DNA from: Meyerozyma guilliermondii | Lineage: Eukaryota | NCBI GenBank assembly: GCA_051546255.1 | Contig: CP128816.1 | Coordinates: 992,001-1,056,000, forward strand | Reading direction: 5' to 3' | DNA length: 64,000 nucleotides | Part shown: piece by piece, positions 18,672 through 30,943 of the stretch | Numbering within the stretch: the stretch's first letter is position 1 | Layout of the letters: each line of letters begins with the position of its first letter | Program-made: the position numbers and the translations under genes | The notes under the pieces: generated by a model | What the model saw: the letters and a program-made list of their open reading frames with translations, nothing else | What the model was told of the DNA's origin: nothing | Databases searched by the model: none

Positions 18672-21656
18672 ATGCGTGATAGACAGCTCCTTATCATCGT
18701 AGGGGTTCTTTTTCACTTCTTCTACCTATGGTCCATATTCGATATCTACTTCGTGCTGCCATTGGTTCATGGTATGAAAAATCACAAATCCACAGATTCA
18801 CCTCCAGCGAAGCGTTTATTCTTGATTGTGGGAGATGGACTTCGAGCAGACAAGACTTTTCAAAAGCTTACGCACCCACGGACTGGAGAATACAAATACT
18901 TGGCTCCTTACCTCAGAAGCCTTGCTCTTGAGCAAGGAACTTGGGGCATCTCCAATACCAGAATGCCTACAGAATCGCGTCCGGGCCACGTTGCTATGAT
19001 TGCCGGGTTCTACGAAGATGTCTCTGCTGTTACCAAGGGCTGGAAAGAAAATCCCGTTGACTTTGACCTGTTTTTCAACCAGTCGACCCATACCTATTCG
19101 TTTGGTTCTCCCGATATCCTTCCCATGTTTGCATACGGCGACAACGTGGTTCCAGGAAGAATTGATTGTCATATGTACGGGCATGAATTCGAAGATTTTA
19201 CCCAAAGTTCAATTGAGTTGGACTCGTTCGTATTCAGACATTTTGACGAACTCATGGCAAATCTGACCACCAATAGCACATTGCACGACGAATTGCACCA
19301 AGAAGGTAACGTCTTTTTCCTTCATTTGTTAGGTCCTGATACTGCTGGTCATGCCTATAGACCATATTCCGCCGAATACTACGACAACATCGAGTATATC
19401 GACGGTATGTTGCAAAAATTAGTTCCTAAAATTCATGAATTTTTTGGAGACGAGGAAAGCGCTTTCGTTTTTACAGCCGACCATGGAATGTCGGATTTCG
19501 GCTCTCATGGTGATGGGCATCCTGACAATACTCGTACGCCTCTTATTGCTTGGGGAGCTGGAATCAATAAGCCAAAACGAGTCGACGATCTTTCAGACCC
19601 AGCTGCTCAACTTGAAAAACAGCACCCTTCTAACAGTGGTTACGAAGACACTTACTTTGATACGTGGGAACTTGACCATCTTGTAAGAAATGATGTTAAA
19701 CAGGCCGATATTGCCCCATTGATGGCATACCTCATTGGAGCTAATTACCCTGCCAACTCAGTAGGCGAGTTACCTCTTGCATACCTTGACTCGAAGCCAG
19801 TGGAAAAAGCAAAGGCGCTCTATGCCAACGCATTGGGTATCATCGAGCAGTATCATGTCAAAGAATCTGAGGTCTATGAACATCAGCTTGGATTCAAACC
19901 ATATGCTCCATTCGAGCAAAAGTCAGTGGACGAATATCGCCTTCAAATCGAGCTCCTCATCAATTCAATCGAAGGGGGAACTACCTCTGAAGTTGAAGCC
20001 AACCTTAAAGAGGCGATAGAACTCTCCGAAGAATTAATGAAAATGGCCTTGGAGGGATTAATTTACCTTCAAACTTACAATTGGCTCATGTTGCGCTCGA
20101 TTGTGACCCTAGGCTTCCTTGGATGGATCGTCTATTCTTTCATCATCTTCTTGAAGCTCTTTATTCTTGACGAGGCAACCATTACTTCCACCACGGCGTC
20201 GCCAATTCTCAACTTTGTCTTTGGGTCTTTGGCTGCTGGTATCAATTACCTTCTCTTTTTCCAAGACTCTCCATTCAATTACTACATGTATGCTGCGTTT
20301 CCGTTGTACTTCTGGTACACGATTTTGCATGAGAAAGACAACTTGGTGAATGGACTCAATATCTTGTTGAATGGAATCAGTGCGACCACGAGAGTATTAC
20401 TTTCTGTTGCTTTTGTGGGCATGTATGAAGGAATTGTGTACGGGTTTTTCAAGAGGATCATGTTCTCTATCTTGTTCATGTTTGTCGGATTATATCCATT
20501 TGGTTTCAGCGAAAAGCAAGTTAAGATACATGAAAAGGTTTTGTGGCTCATGAGTTGCTCGGCTATGTGTGTATTCACTAACTTAGACCCTGTCAAAACA
20601 GAAAGTTTGGCACAGATAAATTGTGGAGCAGCTGCTGCCTTCTTAACAGGAGTTAGTGGAACTTTAAAGGTTTTGAAGAACAGACCAGCTCCCTTGATTA
20701 AAGCATTGATTGTTTGTCAACTTCTTGCTATAGTCGTGATAACATACGCAACCAATGTGTCCGTTGTGTCGCTTCAAGCCAGAGATGGTTTACCTTTGAG
20801 CTCACAAGTGATCGGTTGGGTGACTTTTGTCGTTTCGTTGGTGGTGATTCCTCCCTTGTACGCATTGTCTCCTTCTAAGGACTATCAAATTAGACTTTTG
20901 ACAATCTTTTTGGCATTCGCTCCAACCTTTATCATTTTAACCATCTCGTTCGAAACCTTGTTCTACGTTGGATATTCCTTGGTCCTCTTGCAATGGTTAA
21001 TGATAGAGCAGAAGGTGTCTCGGAAGAACAACAAAACACAAAATGGTGCTTTACCAGAAGGATACTGGATCCAAGTGCTCAGGATCTCTATTGTGGGATT
21101 CTTCTTTTTACAATTTGCATTTTTTGGCACTGGAAATATCGCATCCATTTCATCATTCTCATTGGATTCGGTATATCGCTTGATTCCAATCTTTGATCCT
21201 TTTCCTATGGGAGCTTTGTTGATGTTGAAACTCATCATACCATATGTTCTTCTCTCCATCTGCTTGGGAATAATGAACCATCGTTTGGAGATAAGAAAAT
21301 TCACCATTTCAACTTTAATTATTTCCACAAGCGATGTTGTTTCACTCAACTTTTTCTTCCTTGTGAGAACCGAAGGATCATGGCTCGATATAGGGGTCAG
21401 TATTTCAAACTACTGTTTGGCGGTTTTATCATCTTTATTCATGTTGATTTTAGAGGGTGTGAGCTCCATTTTATTACGTGGAGTAGAATTGGAAACTGAA
21501 GAAACAGCACCAAAAGTTGAAAGCAAAAATGAAAACAAGAGTGGTACAAAAATTGAAAAGAAAGCTGTTAAAGGCGTGCAAAGAGATGTGAAGCAACAGG
21601 CTGCAAACGGGTCTCCTATCAGTAGCCGTGTTAAGCGGAGACATCTTAAAACATAG
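18672..21656 (+). CDS. MCD4: GPI ethanolamine phosphate transferase 1
   Basis: [67 protein letters not shown] and a multi-TM C-terminus. Confidence 0.96.
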   Translation: MRDRQLLIIVGVLFHFFYLWSIFDIYFVLPLVHGMKNHKSTDSPPAKRLFLIVGDGLRADKTFQKLTHPRTGEYKYLAPYLRSLALEQGTWGISNTRMPTESRPGHVAMIAGFYEDVSAVTKGWKENPVDFDLFFNQSTHTYSFGSPDILPMFAYGDNVVPGRIDCHMYGHEFEDFTQSSIELDSFVFRHFDELMANLTTNSTLHDELHQEGNVFFLHLLGPDTAGHAYRPYSAEYYDNIEYIDGMLQKLVPKIHEFFGDEESAFVFTADHGMSDFGSHGDGHPDNTRTPLIAWGAGINKPKRVDDLSDPAAQLEKQHPSNSGYEDTYFDTWELDHLVRNDVKQADIAPLMAYLIGANYPANSVGELPLAYLDSKPVEKAKALYANALGIIEQYHVKESEVYEHQLGFKPYAPFEQKSVDEYRLQIELLINSIEGGTTSEVEANLKEAIELSEELMKMALEGLIYLQTYNWLMLRSIVTLGFLGWIVYSFIIFLKLFILDEATITSTTASPILNFVFGSLAAGINYLLFFQDSPFNYYMYAAFPLYFWYTILHEKDNLVNGLNILLNGISATTRVLLSVAFVGMYEGIVYGFFKRIMFSILFMFVGLYPFGFSEKQVKIHEKVLWLMSCSAMCVFTNLDPVKTESLAQINCGAAAAFLTGVSGTLKVLKNRPAPLIKALIVCQLLAIVVITYATNVSVVSLQARDGLPLSSQVIGWVTFVVSLVVIPPLYALSPSKDYQIRLLTIFLAFAPTFIILTISFETLFYVGYSLVLLQWLMIEQKVSRKNNKTQNGALPEGYWIQVLRISIVGFFFLQFAFFGTGNIASISSFSLDSVYRLIPIFDPFPMGALLMLKLIIPYVLLSICLGIMNHRLEIRKFTISTLIISTSDVVSLNFFFLVRTEGSWLDIGVSISNYCLAVLSSLFMLILEGVSSILLRGVELETEETAPKVESKNENKSGTKIEKKAVKGVQRDVKQQAANGSPISSRVKRRHLKT

Positions 21657-21693
21657 ACTTAAAACATATAATATGGGTGTATAGATGTTATGT

Positions 21694-21700
21694 ATGACTC
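21694..21700 (+). promoter_or_regulatory. Gcn4-type site ATGACTC upstream of TRP3
   Basis: Lies about 45 bp before the TRP3 ATG; TRP genes are established Gcn4 targets. Confidence 0.55.
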
Positions 21701-21743
21701 TACGATATTTTTCTTTTGGTGTAGAATATCTCACCAAGTAAAG

Positions 21744-23279
21744 ATGGTAGACGAGTTGGTTAAGAAGCATGTGTTGATGATAGACAACTATGACTCGTTC
21801 ACATGGAACCTCTACCAGTACTTATGCCAGAGTCGTTTTTGCAGAAAGGTGGATGTTTATAGAAATGACCAAATTTCCATTGAAACCGTTGAGAATGAAA
21901 TCAAGCCGGATATAATATTCATTTCTCCTGGTCCCGGTCATCCTTCTACCGACTCGGGTATATCTAGAGAACTTATAGACCACTTCAAAGGCAAACTTCC
22001 TATATTTGGAGTCTGTATGGGCCAACAGTGTATCTTTGAAGTCTTTGGAGGTGAAGTTGCATACGCTGGAGAAATCGTTCATGGCAAAACTACTACAATT
22101 AAACATGATGGAAAGGGAATGTTTCTGAACGTTCCGCAATCTGTTGCTGTCACGAGGTATCATTCTTTGGCTGGAAGCTTAAAGTCCTTGCCTGACTGTT
22201 TAGAAGTCACCGCCACAACTGAAACGGAACCACTGGTTATTATGGGTGTTCGTCACAAGACGTATGCCATTGAAGGTGTGCAGTTCCATCCTGAGTCTAT
22301 TCTTACCGAATCGGGTCGTATTATGATCGATAATTTGCTTTCATTGTCTGGTGCTACCTGGGCCGAATGTGACCAGATGGGAAGTGGTGCGGTAAAAAAA
22401 GAGAATATTCTCACCAAAATCTACAAGCAGCGCCAAGCGGATTACGAGGCAATTGAGGTCATTCCTGGACGATCGTTTGCAGATTTGGAGATGACATACT
22501 CTCTTTCCGTGGCACCAACATTGATAGACTTTTATGAACGAATGGTATCAACTAAGAATGCCCATCAAAACGTGATACTTTCGGAATTCAAGAGAGCTTC
22601 CCCATCCAAGGGAAACATCAACATAAGGGCTCATCCCGGTAAACAGGCTCTCACATATGCTCGGCATGGATGCTCGGCCATATCTGTGTTGACAGAACCA
22701 ACATGGTTCAAGGGAAGTATTGAAGATATGAGCTTGATGAGACGAGTCATTGATACTATACCCTCAGTTGACGGTTATAAACGTCCTGCCGTGCTTCGTA
22801 AAGAATTCATCTTCAGCAAGTACCAGATACTTGAGGCACGTTTAGCAGGGGCAGACACTGTTCTTCTCATTGTCAAGATGCTTAACAATGTAGAGTTGCT
22901 TTCTGAACTTTACAAGTTTTCCTGGAGCTTAGGTATGGTGCCCTTGGTTGAAGTCAACGATAAAAAAGAGCTAGAAATCGCTTTAAGCTTGTCGCATAAA
23001 GAAAGCACAGAACCTTTGGTTATTGGAGTCAACAACCGTAACCTCACTACCTTTGAAGTGGATTTGGGAACCACAACTTCTTTGGTAGAGTACGCCAAAA
23101 GTGGCAGCGAGAGAAAAGGACCAGTTTTGGTGTTGGCATTATCCGGCATCAGCAGCACCAATGACGTTACAAAATATAAAAAGGAAGCCGTAGATGGCTT
23201 TTTGATTGGTGAAAGCTTGATGAGAGCAGAAGAAGCCGGTAAAGCTGGAGACTTTTTGCAGCAATTGATCGAGGCATAA
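21744..23279 (+). CDS. TRP3: Anthranilate synthase component II / indole-3-glycerol phosphate synthase (bifunctional)
   Basis: [33 protein letters not shown], followed by [16 protein letters not shown] and GVNNRNL. Confidence 0.97.
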   Translation: MVDELVKKHVLMIDNYDSFTWNLYQYLCQSRFCRKVDVYRNDQISIETVENEIKPDIIFISPGPGHPSTDSGISRELIDHFKGKLPIFGVCMGQQCIFEVFGGEVAYAGEIVHGKTTTIKHDGKGMFLNVPQSVAVTRYHSLAGSLKSLPDCLEVTATTETEPLVIMGVRHKTYAIEGVQFHPESILTESGRIMIDNLLSLSGATWAECDQMGSGAVKKENILTKIYKQRQADYEAIEVIPGRSFADLEMTYSLSVAPTLIDFYERMVSTKNAHQNVILSEFKRASPSKGNINIRAHPGKQALTYARHGCSAISVLTEPTWFKGSIEDMSLMRRVIDTIPSVDGYKRPAVLRKEFIFSKYQILEARLAGADTVLLIVKMLNNVELLSELYKFSWSLGMVPLVEVNDKKELEIALSLSHKESTEPLVIGVNNRNLTTFEVDLGTTTSLVEYAKSGSERKGPVLVLALSGISSTNDVTKYKKEAVDGFLIGESLMRAEEAGKAGDFLQQLIEA

Positions 23280-23404
23280 TCGCGGGTGCAATGGGTGCAT
23301 CAGCCTGAAAGTTAAGACGCTGCGAAATGCGAAATCCAAAGTACCTTCTTGTCAAATAGTGATTCATTATACAATTTTCCTCACAACAATAGTCGTAATA
23401 TAAA

Positions 23405-23722
23405 ATGGACACCGCCAGTATAAGGATAGATGCTTCGTTGTTGCAAGAGAACGAAGGCAAGATAGTTCGCATTATGGGCAATTGTCAGTCTTTTGACGCG
23501 CCAGCAAGACACGCGTTACTTGAAGCAAATGGAACTGTCAACTTGAAGTTGGTGTCTGACGAGACCTTGAGTGTTGGAAAAAACTACGAAATTATCGGCA
23601 AAGTCGGAGATGGCCAGCTGGTTCAAACGTATTCGGTGGTTGAATTATCGGACAATGTCAACTTGCAAATGGCTTCAAAACTAGTACAATATATGAAGAA
23701 GGTGCCTGAGTTATATATATAA
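23405..23722 (+). CDS. RFA3: Replication protein A 14-kDa subunit
   Basis: 105-aa OB fold: RIDASLL...GKIVRIMG...YEIIGKV...PELY. Confidence 0.8.
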   Translation: MDTASIRIDASLLQENEGKIVRIMGNCQSFDAPARHALLEANGTVNLKLVSDETLSVGKNYEIIGKVGDGQLVQTYSVVELSDNVNLQMASKLVQYMKKVPELYI

Positions 23723-23737
23723 TGCGATGAACGAAGA

Positions 23738-26017
23738 CTATAAATTTTTGATATCTTCAAGTAGGATGCGGAAACGCGATTCAGAACCATATAACTTACT
23801 AGCTGCTTCTAACCACTTTGGTTCCGCCTGGTACGCATGTACGAATCGATAATTACCATAGGCGATGCACAAGCGGTAAGCAGATTCAGCTCCAGAGGCC
23901 ACGAGTGCATCTCCGACACCGTTAGCAAAAGAAGTAATGGGTTGAGCGGTTTTGGGGTTTGAACTGAAGGATTGGGTCAGAATTTGATATACTGAAAAAT
24001 TGTAGATGAGTGTACTCAAGCTTGTCGATGTTGTTTGGTAGTGCTTCAGTTGCGTAATTGAAGGTTGGGAGCCGAGACCTTCATACTTTCTCCTCACTTT
24101 GTCCAATATTGCTACCAAGTGCTCACTGAACTGAGTAGAGCCATCTTCATCGGCAGTCATGAACAATTGAGCAAATAGAGCTGTACCAATCAAGTTGTTC
24201 AACACCTTTAATATCATCATGAAGAGGGCGACATTATCTTCAACGGTGTCTAATCCCGAGGAAATTGAGTCAAATACGATTTGAGCAGCATCAAGCGAGC
24301 GGAGGAAATCGACCGCTGTTATACGTGGAACGCAAACTCTCATTAAATCAAAGCCAATCAAATGTGCCTTCGGATCCCACTTCAGAAGTATCTGAGGTAT
24401 TGTTACAGTCAACAAGGATAATGACTCCGCGGAAGTCAAGTTCTTCAACTTCAAAAGAATCTCATTGGTTTCGCTCTCGGAGAAGCTGTGAGATTGTTCC
24501 TTGTTGAACTTTACAAATCCTCTGCTGAGTTGTTCTTCCTTGTACTCTTTGAAATGGTAGTAAGTTTTCTCGGGAATGACCTTGACTGCGGCCGCCGTTG
24601 AAGTCTGTTGGTTGTCGCTATAAGGATTAGTAACAGGAGCAGGTGCCAGGTCTAACTGGGCGCCACCTGTATTTTGGAGTATGAATCGTACCACTTCTTC
24701 TCTATACGAAGCAGGAAGCTCATTTGCAGCCAAAAATTTATCGGCAGCTTCGTAAGGATTATCGTTGTGATTGAAGGGCAACTTGAGAGGAGGAGCACCA
24801 TCTTCGACATCAACATCAAACACATAATCGTATTCTTCCCCGTCAAAGGCCTTTTTCTCTGTGCTTCCAGTTGAACCAACAACATCGCCAATTTTAACCC
24901 ATTCACCTCCAGACCATTGATGAGCCTCTATGGTTCCAGCATGATTTTTCACCATGATCGTTGAGCCCTCCTGCTTTCCAGGTTTCTCTAATGCTTCATA
25001 ACCTGGGATATCTGTCTTTTTCAAATCGTTGACCGATTGTTCAGCAATGGCAGATTGTTGAACTGTTTCTAAAAATTGATCGAGCTCTGCCTGTGGTGCT
25101 GTTCTTGATTGTTCTCTTGTGAATATGCGCAAGAGTTTGTCAGAGCCTCCCACTACAAAATCGCCGTTGTCGAATGTGGCCAAACACCACACAGACACAC
25201 AGGGCAAGGTAATTGCCTGGATTATGGCATTATCTCTCCACACTCTGACACTTCTGTCTTCACCGCAGGAGACTAGGTCGCCATTGGGCAATAATCCCAA
25301 ATCATAGATGAAGGATGTGTGTCCTGCGAGCCTTTGTTTGATGTTTCCAGACTCAAGGTCCCAAATCACGATGGTAGCATCATTGGAACATGAAGCAAAC
25401 GACTTTCCATCGGGAAAAAGCAACAACTTCCTCACAACATCCTGGTGTCCCTTGTACTGTTTTACTTCCTTGTCGCCCTTCCATTTGCGTATGGTGCCAT
25501 CAGCAGATGCTGTCAAGTATATGTCATTCTTGGCATCTAGTATCTTCACATCCCATACAGAAGCCGTGTGTCCTCGTAAAACATACTTTGTCTGCATCGA
25601 TTCGAGATCCCATACACGGGCAGTGGCATCCCACGACCCCGATATCAAGTTGTTGTCGGCGTAAGAAAGAGCACAAACATTATTCTCGTGGCCGATAAGG
25701 TTGTACTTAGCCATGTCTTGAGCAGATGGATCGATTGCAATTGGTGAAAGAAATACAATACAGTCCTTTCCTCCGCTTGCAACCAATGGTTCTCCTGTAC
25801 AATTGACCTCGTCTATGTAAGCAACAGCATTGATAAATGAGTTTTCCGGAGAATGGAAAACTACGAGAGAATCGTCCAGACTCAGATTAGAAGCTGTGGG
25901 AGTCCAGCTTCGAAGCGTAGCATCTCTCAGTCCGGAAATGATCGTTTTCGTGCCTGCAATTGCCACACAACGAACATCCAGCTCGTGGCCAGTTAATGTA
26001 GAACTGAGCTTGAACAT
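23738..26017 (-). CDS. DOA1: Ubiquitin homeostasis protein Doa1/Ufd3 (WD40-PFU-PUL)
   Basis: WD40 repeats, PFU domain YDYVFDVDVEDGAPPLKLPFN...NPYEAADKFL and a C-terminal PUL region. Confidence 0.95.
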   Translation of the reverse strand: MFKLSSTLTGHELDVRCVAIAGTKTIISGLRDATLRSWTPTASNLSLDDSLVVFHSPENSFINAVAYIDEVNCTGEPLVASGGKDCIVFLSPIAIDPSAQDMAKYNLIGHENNVCALSYADNNLISGSWDATARVWDLESMQTKYVLRGHTASVWDVKILDAKNDIYLTASADGTIRKWKGDKEVKQYKGHQDVVRKLLLFPDGKSFASCSNDATIVIWDLESGNIKQRLAGHTSFIYDLGLLPNGDLVSCGEDRSVRVWRDNAIIQAITLPCVSVWCLATFDNGDFVVGGSDKLLRIFTREQSRTAPQAELDQFLETVQQSAIAEQSVNDLKKTDIPGYEALEKPGKQEGSTIMVKNHAGTIEAHQWSGGEWVKIGDVVGSTGSTEKKAFDGEEYDYVFDVDVEDGAPPLKLPFNHNDNPYEAADKFLAANELPASYREEVVRFILQNTGGAQLDLAPAPVTNPYSDNQQTSTAAAVKVIPEKTYYHFKEYKEEQLSRGFVKFNKEQSHSFSESETNEILLKLKNLTSAESLSLLTVTIPQILLKWDPKAHLIGFDLMRVCVPRITAVDFLRSLDAAQIVFDSISSGLDTVEDNVALFMMILKVLNNLIGTALFAQLFMTADEDGSTQFSEHLVAILDKVRRKYEGLGSQPSITQLKHYQTTSTSLSTLIYNFSVYQILTQSFSSNPKTAQPITSFANGVGDALVASGAESAYRLCIAYGNYRFVHAYQAEPKWLEAASKLYGSESRFRILLEDIKNL

Positions 26018-26420
26018 GGTGAAGTGGCAAGCGTGGTGCGACCTACTTGGTATCAGTGGTGTATGGATGTGTAAGTCCTGTATGAAACATAAGGTCTACC
26101 ACAGTTATGTAGAATTCAACTAACCACTAGTGATAAGCATTTTTACCATAGTTGGTGACTCTTCCTTAGAACCGAAAGATCTATATACGTGGGATTATTC
26201 TTCATTTAGCCGAGATGCATCAACCCCAAGATGAAGAGCTTATCTAATCGGACTATTTTCCATGCAACTAGAGTCCTAAATATTTGCAGTTATATAGACG
26301 TTATGTACCCCAAACATCACTCCTGAGTCATTTGAGCCCCGAGTATTTCAACACAAGAAAAAAATTTCTTCTCTAGTCTTTCGGCAGCTAGAAAATATTC
26401 CCCATTCATCTTCAAAGCAC

Positions 26421-28304
26421 ATGGGTCCTGCACAGACACCCGGGGAATCTCTTGACAATCCCAACAAGATTCGTGAGCACCATATGTCATTCTATCACAG
26501 TATTGCCCGAGACGGCACCCATGTTTTCCGCAGTGCTGAGGGAAAGTATCTCCTTCTCAACGGTAACAATGGCGTCGAAGTTCAGGACTCAGTTCCTGCT
26601 GCTTTTCAGGAAAAAGGCACTGCCATTTCGTGTATTTTAGGAACGATTCAACTCAAATTGAACAAGTATGTGATCATCGTGACCAAGCACACTATCACCG
26701 GAAGTGTCATGGGCAAAGAAATCGCCAAAGTGGACGAGTACAAGATCTTACCTTTGGGCCAACATACAAGAAAAAGCAGTGAGGAGTCCAGCTACTTGGA
26801 CCTTCTCCACCTCCATTTGAACAATGCCACGTTGTACTTTTCGCCTGGAAACAAGTACGATGTCACCAACTCGCTTCAAAACCAGTATACCAGGCGTCCT
26901 TCTTATGACCTTCGTTTCTGGTGGAACCACTATATCAGTCAGGATCTTATCGAAAATGGGGCCGAGGCATTCGTTACTCCTGTGATCTACGGATACTTCA
27001 AGTCCCACTCGGCGTCCTTCAACGGCGGCCAGCCATTGGAATTTGCTTTGTTAACTCGTCGTGCTACCCAGCGTGCTGGTACAAGATATTTGCGTAGAGG
27101 TATCGATGAGGACGGTAATGTTGCCAACTTTAACGAGACAGAGCAGATATTTACTGCCAGCAACGGCCAGATTTACTCCTTCTTGCAAACTAGAGGCTCG
27201 GTTCCTGTCTATTGGTCGGAGATCAACAACCTCAAGTATCGACCCAACTTGGCCATTTCTTCGAGATCTTCAGCTGACGCTTCCGCTAAACACTTCCGTG
27301 ACCTAGTCTCACGTTATGGAGGAGTTTACTGTGTAAACTTGGTCAATCAAAGCGGCTATGAAGAGCCTGTCAAAGCTGCCTTTGAGTCAGCTATAGAAAC
27401 CTTACCATCTGATTTGGTTGATAAGGTGACTTATATTTATTTCGATTTCCATCATGAGTGCCGGAATATGCGTTGGGACAGGGTGAAACTCCTTCTTGAC
27501 TACCTCATAAAGCTCAATTTCACCTCGGACAACTACTTCCACTATGATCTTACTAACAATAAGATCATCTCCATCCAGGATAAGGTTATACGTACAAATT
27601 GTATGGACTGTTTGGATAGAACCAATGTGGTGCAATCGACCTTGGGTCGCTGGGTGCTTCAGAACCAATTGACTAACTCCAATTATCTTTCTGATCTGAA
27701 CACAACTCCATGGGAGCTACTCGACCGCCACTTCAATCTTTTCTTTATGAACTTTTGGGCAGACAATGCCAATGCAGTTTCGTGTGCCTATTCTGGAACT
27801 GGTGCCCTCAAAACAGATTTCACAAGAACTGGTAACCGGACCAAGAAAGGAGCTTTCAATGATCTCTTGAACTCGATTACGCGATACTATAAGAACAATT
27901 GCAGCGATGGAACCCGCCAGGATTCCTACGATTTGATTTTGGGTAAGTACAAGCCTTACCAAGATTCGGTAAATTCTCCCTTCATCGATCGTCGCCCTGC
28001 CTACGTACAATTGTTGCCGTACTTTCTCGGTACCTCAATTTTGGTTATGCTCGCTGTATTCTGGTTCCCTCGCGGCTCCATCGCAGACTGGAAGAATTTG
28101 TTGGTTATTGGTGGTTGCATGTACATCAATGCCCGGGTGTTGCTTTACTACAATAGAAACGGGTACCAATTTGTCAATTGGCCCAAACTTGTTGCTCTTG
28201 ATTTCTTGAAAAAAGTGGAAGTTTTCGACGGAGACGGTAAGCTCACTGGTATCAGATATGAGGAACATTCAGACTTCAGACCCGTAGGTAAAAAACGGTC
28301 TTAA
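26421..28304 (+). CDS. SAC1: Phosphoinositide phosphatase Sac1 (alternative start at 26484)
   Basis: RAGTRYLRRG, QTRGSVPVYW, catalytic RTNCMDCLDRTNVVQ and two C-terminal TM helices. Confidence 0.96.
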   Translation: MGPAQTPGESLDNPNKIREHHMSFYHSIARDGTHVFRSAEGKYLLLNGNNGVEVQDSVPAAFQEKGTAISCILGTIQLKLNKYVIIVTKHTITGSVMGKEIAKVDEYKILPLGQHTRKSSEESSYLDLLHLHLNNATLYFSPGNKYDVTNSLQNQYTRRPSYDLRFWWNHYISQDLIENGAEAFVTPVIYGYFKSHSASFNGGQPLEFALLTRRATQRAGTRYLRRGIDEDGNVANFNETEQIFTASNGQIYSFLQTRGSVPVYWSEINNLKYRPNLAISSRSSADASAKHFRDLVSRYGGVYCVNLVNQSGYEEPVKAAFESAIETLPSDLVDKVTYIYFDFHHECRNMRWDRVKLLLDYLIKLNFTSDNYFHYDLTNNKIISIQDKVIRTNCMDCLDRTNVVQSTLGRWVLQNQLTNSNYLSDLNTTPWELLDRHFNLFFMNFWADNANAVSCAYSGTGALKTDFTRTGNRTKKGAFNDLLNSITRYYKNNCSDGTRQDSYDLILGKYKPYQDSVNSPFIDRRPAYVQLLPYFLGTSILVMLAVFWFPRGSIADWKNLLVIGGCMYINARVLLYYNRNGYQFVNWPKLVALDFLKKVEVFDGDGKLTGIRYEEHSDFRPVGKKRS

Positions 28305-28378
28305 TATACCTTGTTCTTCGATTTTGTGTAACGTAATCTCAGATAAAATCGCGAAAATTATCATTACATTTTTAGAGC

Positions 28379-29153
28379 ATGTCTGGATTGGAGAAGTCAT
28401 TAGATAGCATCATAGGTGATACTCCGCAACCAAGACGTGAAGGACGAGGTCCTAGAGCCCCAAGGGGTCCCAGAGGTCCAAAATCGTTAACCTCTCGCAT
28501 TGGAAAAGTATGTATGGTCAGCAAAATGTCTTCCATAAAAAGTGTCACACTAACACTAGAATCGCGAGTCTCGGCCACCAAGGCATGATGCTGGCATCCC
28601 AAGACAAATCGTAGCTGCTGCAGGGTCGAGACAGCTTCTCAGAGTCAAAAACATTCATCCAGATCTCGATGGTCAAGATCTTTCAAAGTTGTTCGAAGCA
28701 GTTGCCCCGGTTGACTTTGTCAAGTTTGATCCTAGAAACGAGTCAATTGCCTATGTTTGTTTCCAGAGCAATAATGCCCGTAATAATGGCTTGGCTGTAT
28801 CAAAGTATGACGGCAGAAAGGCTATGGGAGAAACTTTGGTGGTGGAAAATGCTGTGTCTTTGGCGGACCGAATTACGGCGGCTGCTAGACCTCTTCCAAG
28901 GTCTTCCAATAACGGAGATATAAGACCAAGCAAGGGTCAGAGACAACAAAAGCCACAAAAGCAACGTACGGCTGCAAAGCCCAAGCCCCAAAAGAAGTCG
29001 GTTGATGACTTGGACTCTGAGCTTGAAGCCTATATGAGTGGAAAGTCTACAGAAGCTGCCAAGACTGAAGCAAAGCTTGACAATGAAATGGACGAATACT
29101 GGAAATCCAAGGACCAGGACCAACCAAAAGGTGACGATGTTGCCATGGAGTAG
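28379..29153 (+). CDS. YRA2: REF/Aly-family mRNA export adaptor (Yra2/Yra1-like); exons 28379-28507 and 28560-29153
   Basis: N-box LEKSLDSII, RG-rich region, RRM (LRVKNIHPDL...YDGRKAMG) and C-box DDLDSELEAYM. The two track ORFs join in frame after splicing. Confidence 0.75.
28508..28559 (+). other. 52-nt spliceosomal intron in the YRA-like gene
   Basis: GTATGT ... CACTAAC ACTAG; phase 0, joining ...IGK to NRESRPP... Confidence 0.88.
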
Positions 29154-29181
29154 AGTTAAAAATGTATTAGTATCAATTATA

Positions 29182-30858
29182 TTAACCCATACCTTGGGTG
29201 AGTTCGACCAACTCGACGTAGAGTTTCTTAGTATTTCTTCTCCAGGACTTTCCCCAGATCAACGTAGGAACAATAAACGCAATCGACACGAAATCAATCA
29301 CAGCTAGAACAATGTATGTGTTTGCAGTTCCAGCACCATCTAACCAATATGAACAAACGAACGTGAACACACATGCGAGTGTGTTGTTAATGATGGAAAC
29401 CCCAACCATGCCTTGGATGACAATTTCAGGATAAGCGTCCATGAGATATGACATAGCAGTGTCACCAATTGAACCCCAACCAACACCGATGAATCCAAGG
29501 CCAACGTAGACCGCTTGCCAAGGCCAAGTCTTGTCTGCTCCAACACCAAACATAATTAATCCAAGTGGAGAAATGACGAGGGTTATAAATAAAAGGTATA
29601 ATCTGAACTCAGGCTCCATTCTTCCGTTGTTTCTCCTTGCTAGCCACAAAACGTGATAGTCGGACAAGATACCTGACATTATGCATCCTATTATAGCCCC
29701 GATTAAGGTGGCTACGTTCATGATTGCAACACCTGTCTCACTCTTGTTCCACGGAGCGTCATAAAAGTAGGTGTCTTGAGTTGTCAAGAAAAACGTCATG
29801 TATGCGTCCTGTAAACCCCAGAGAATACCAGAGATCCAAACGGCAGGTAGGGTAAATACTTTGAAGTAAACGACAAATCTCTTCAAGTACTGCTTGAATC
29901 CGTATCCTTCGATGTAAGGGGATGGTGTGATAATTGCAATTCTCTTCCAGTACGATGCTGGAGGATCTGGAACTACTTCAGATTCAACATTGGCCCTTTC
30001 CACCATCGTGGTGGTGGTTTGCGTTTGAGATGGAGGGTGTTTCTCGCCCTTTTCATCATCAAGAACCAAATCTTGGTCGTCGTTGCTAGAGGCTTCATAA
30101 ACTGGAAAGTACTTTGACCTGTCGAAGACGGTTTCCTCGCAGCCAAATATCACCACAAGAAGTGCTGCGGCGGATATGATGGCACCCCACCAACCGACCC
30201 ATCTAAAAGTCTGTGATTGAGCAATCAAGTGAGCGATAAGTGGACCGAGGAATGTTCCCACGGAAGTTGCAAGAATGTAAACCGTCAAGACAGATCCTAA
30301 CTGGTGCTGGAAAAAGATGTCTGAAAGCGACTGTTGAACCTGTGCTTCTGCACATGCCTCCGACATTCCCACGAATGCTTGGGACCAGATCGTGTCGGCG
30401 GTTTTCTTAGACAATGCAAACCAAACGGAGCCTAAACAGCCAGCCAATAAACAGATGATGTACGTGATCCGACGCCCGTACAATGATGAGGCGGGGGCAA
30501 AGAAAATACAAGACCAACCAATGAAAAGAAACAACACACCGGCTCCGGTATTCATTGCGTCATAAGTGATGCCATAGAAAGAATTGAGTGACTCCTGAGC
30601 GGCACCAGCATCGTTAGAGGTGGCAGCTGTGAGCGCCGTGATGAATGAAAGCACAGCAAAATGCCAGGTTTTTCTGGAAAAAGACCAATTTAAAGGATCA
30701 TTGGGCGAATCAGATGGCTGGGGAAGTAAGACAACTCCATTCTTGCTTCTTTTGATCTTTCTGGTTGAGTTTGAATCGACAGAACTTGTCTCTTTCGATA
30801 CGTATATGTTGCTTGTTCCAGGAACAAAGTCTTCGTCAAAGTAGTTGGCGCTAGACAT
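29182..30858 (-). CDS. HOL1: MFS/DHA1 transporter of the Hol1 family (polyamine/histidinol uptake)
   Basis: FVPGTSNIY, PQPSDSPNDPLNWS, TAATSNDAG, GRMEPEFRL and 12 TM helices. First ATG at 30858. Confidence 0.85.
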   Translation of the reverse strand: MSSANYFDEDFVPGTSNIYVSKETSSVDSNSTRKIKRSKNGVVLLPQPSDSPNDPLNWSFSRKTWHFAVLSFITALTAATSNDAGAAQESLNSFYGITYDAMNTGAGVLFLFIGWSCIFFAPASSLYGRRITYIICLLAGCLGSVWFALSKKTADTIWSQAFVGMSEACAEAQVQQSLSDIFFQHQLGSVLTVYILATSVGTFLGPLIAHLIAQSQTFRWVGWWGAIISAAALLVVIFGCEETVFDRSKYFPVYEASSNDDQDLVLDDEKGEKHPPSQTQTTTTMVERANVESEVVPDPPASYWKRIAIITPSPYIEGYGFKQYLKRFVVYFKVFTLPAVWISGILWGLQDAYMTFFLTTQDTYFYDAPWNKSETGVAIMNVATLIGAIIGCIMSGILSDYHVLWLARRNNGRMEPEFRLYLLFITLVISPLGLIMFGVGADKTWPWQAVYVGLGFIGVGWGSIGDTAMSYLMDAYPEIVIQGMVGVSIINNTLACVFTFVCSYWLDGAGTANTYIVLAVIDFVSIAFIVPTLIWGKSWRRNTKKLYVELVELTQGMG

Positions 30859-30936
30859 GGAGAAAATCTCTCTTAAATGCAATTATTAACAAGTAGTGGA
30901 GAACGTCAGCAAGCCATTGTAATTTATATATTAGTA

Positions 30937-30943
30937 TGAGTCA
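30937..30943 (-). promoter_or_regulatory. Perfect Gcn4/AP-1 site TGACTCA next to the TATA box of the HOL1-family gene (second copy at 31215-31221)
   Basis: TGAGTCA at 30937, TATATAAA (minus strand) at ~30923-30930 and TGACTCA at 31215. Confidence 0.5.
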
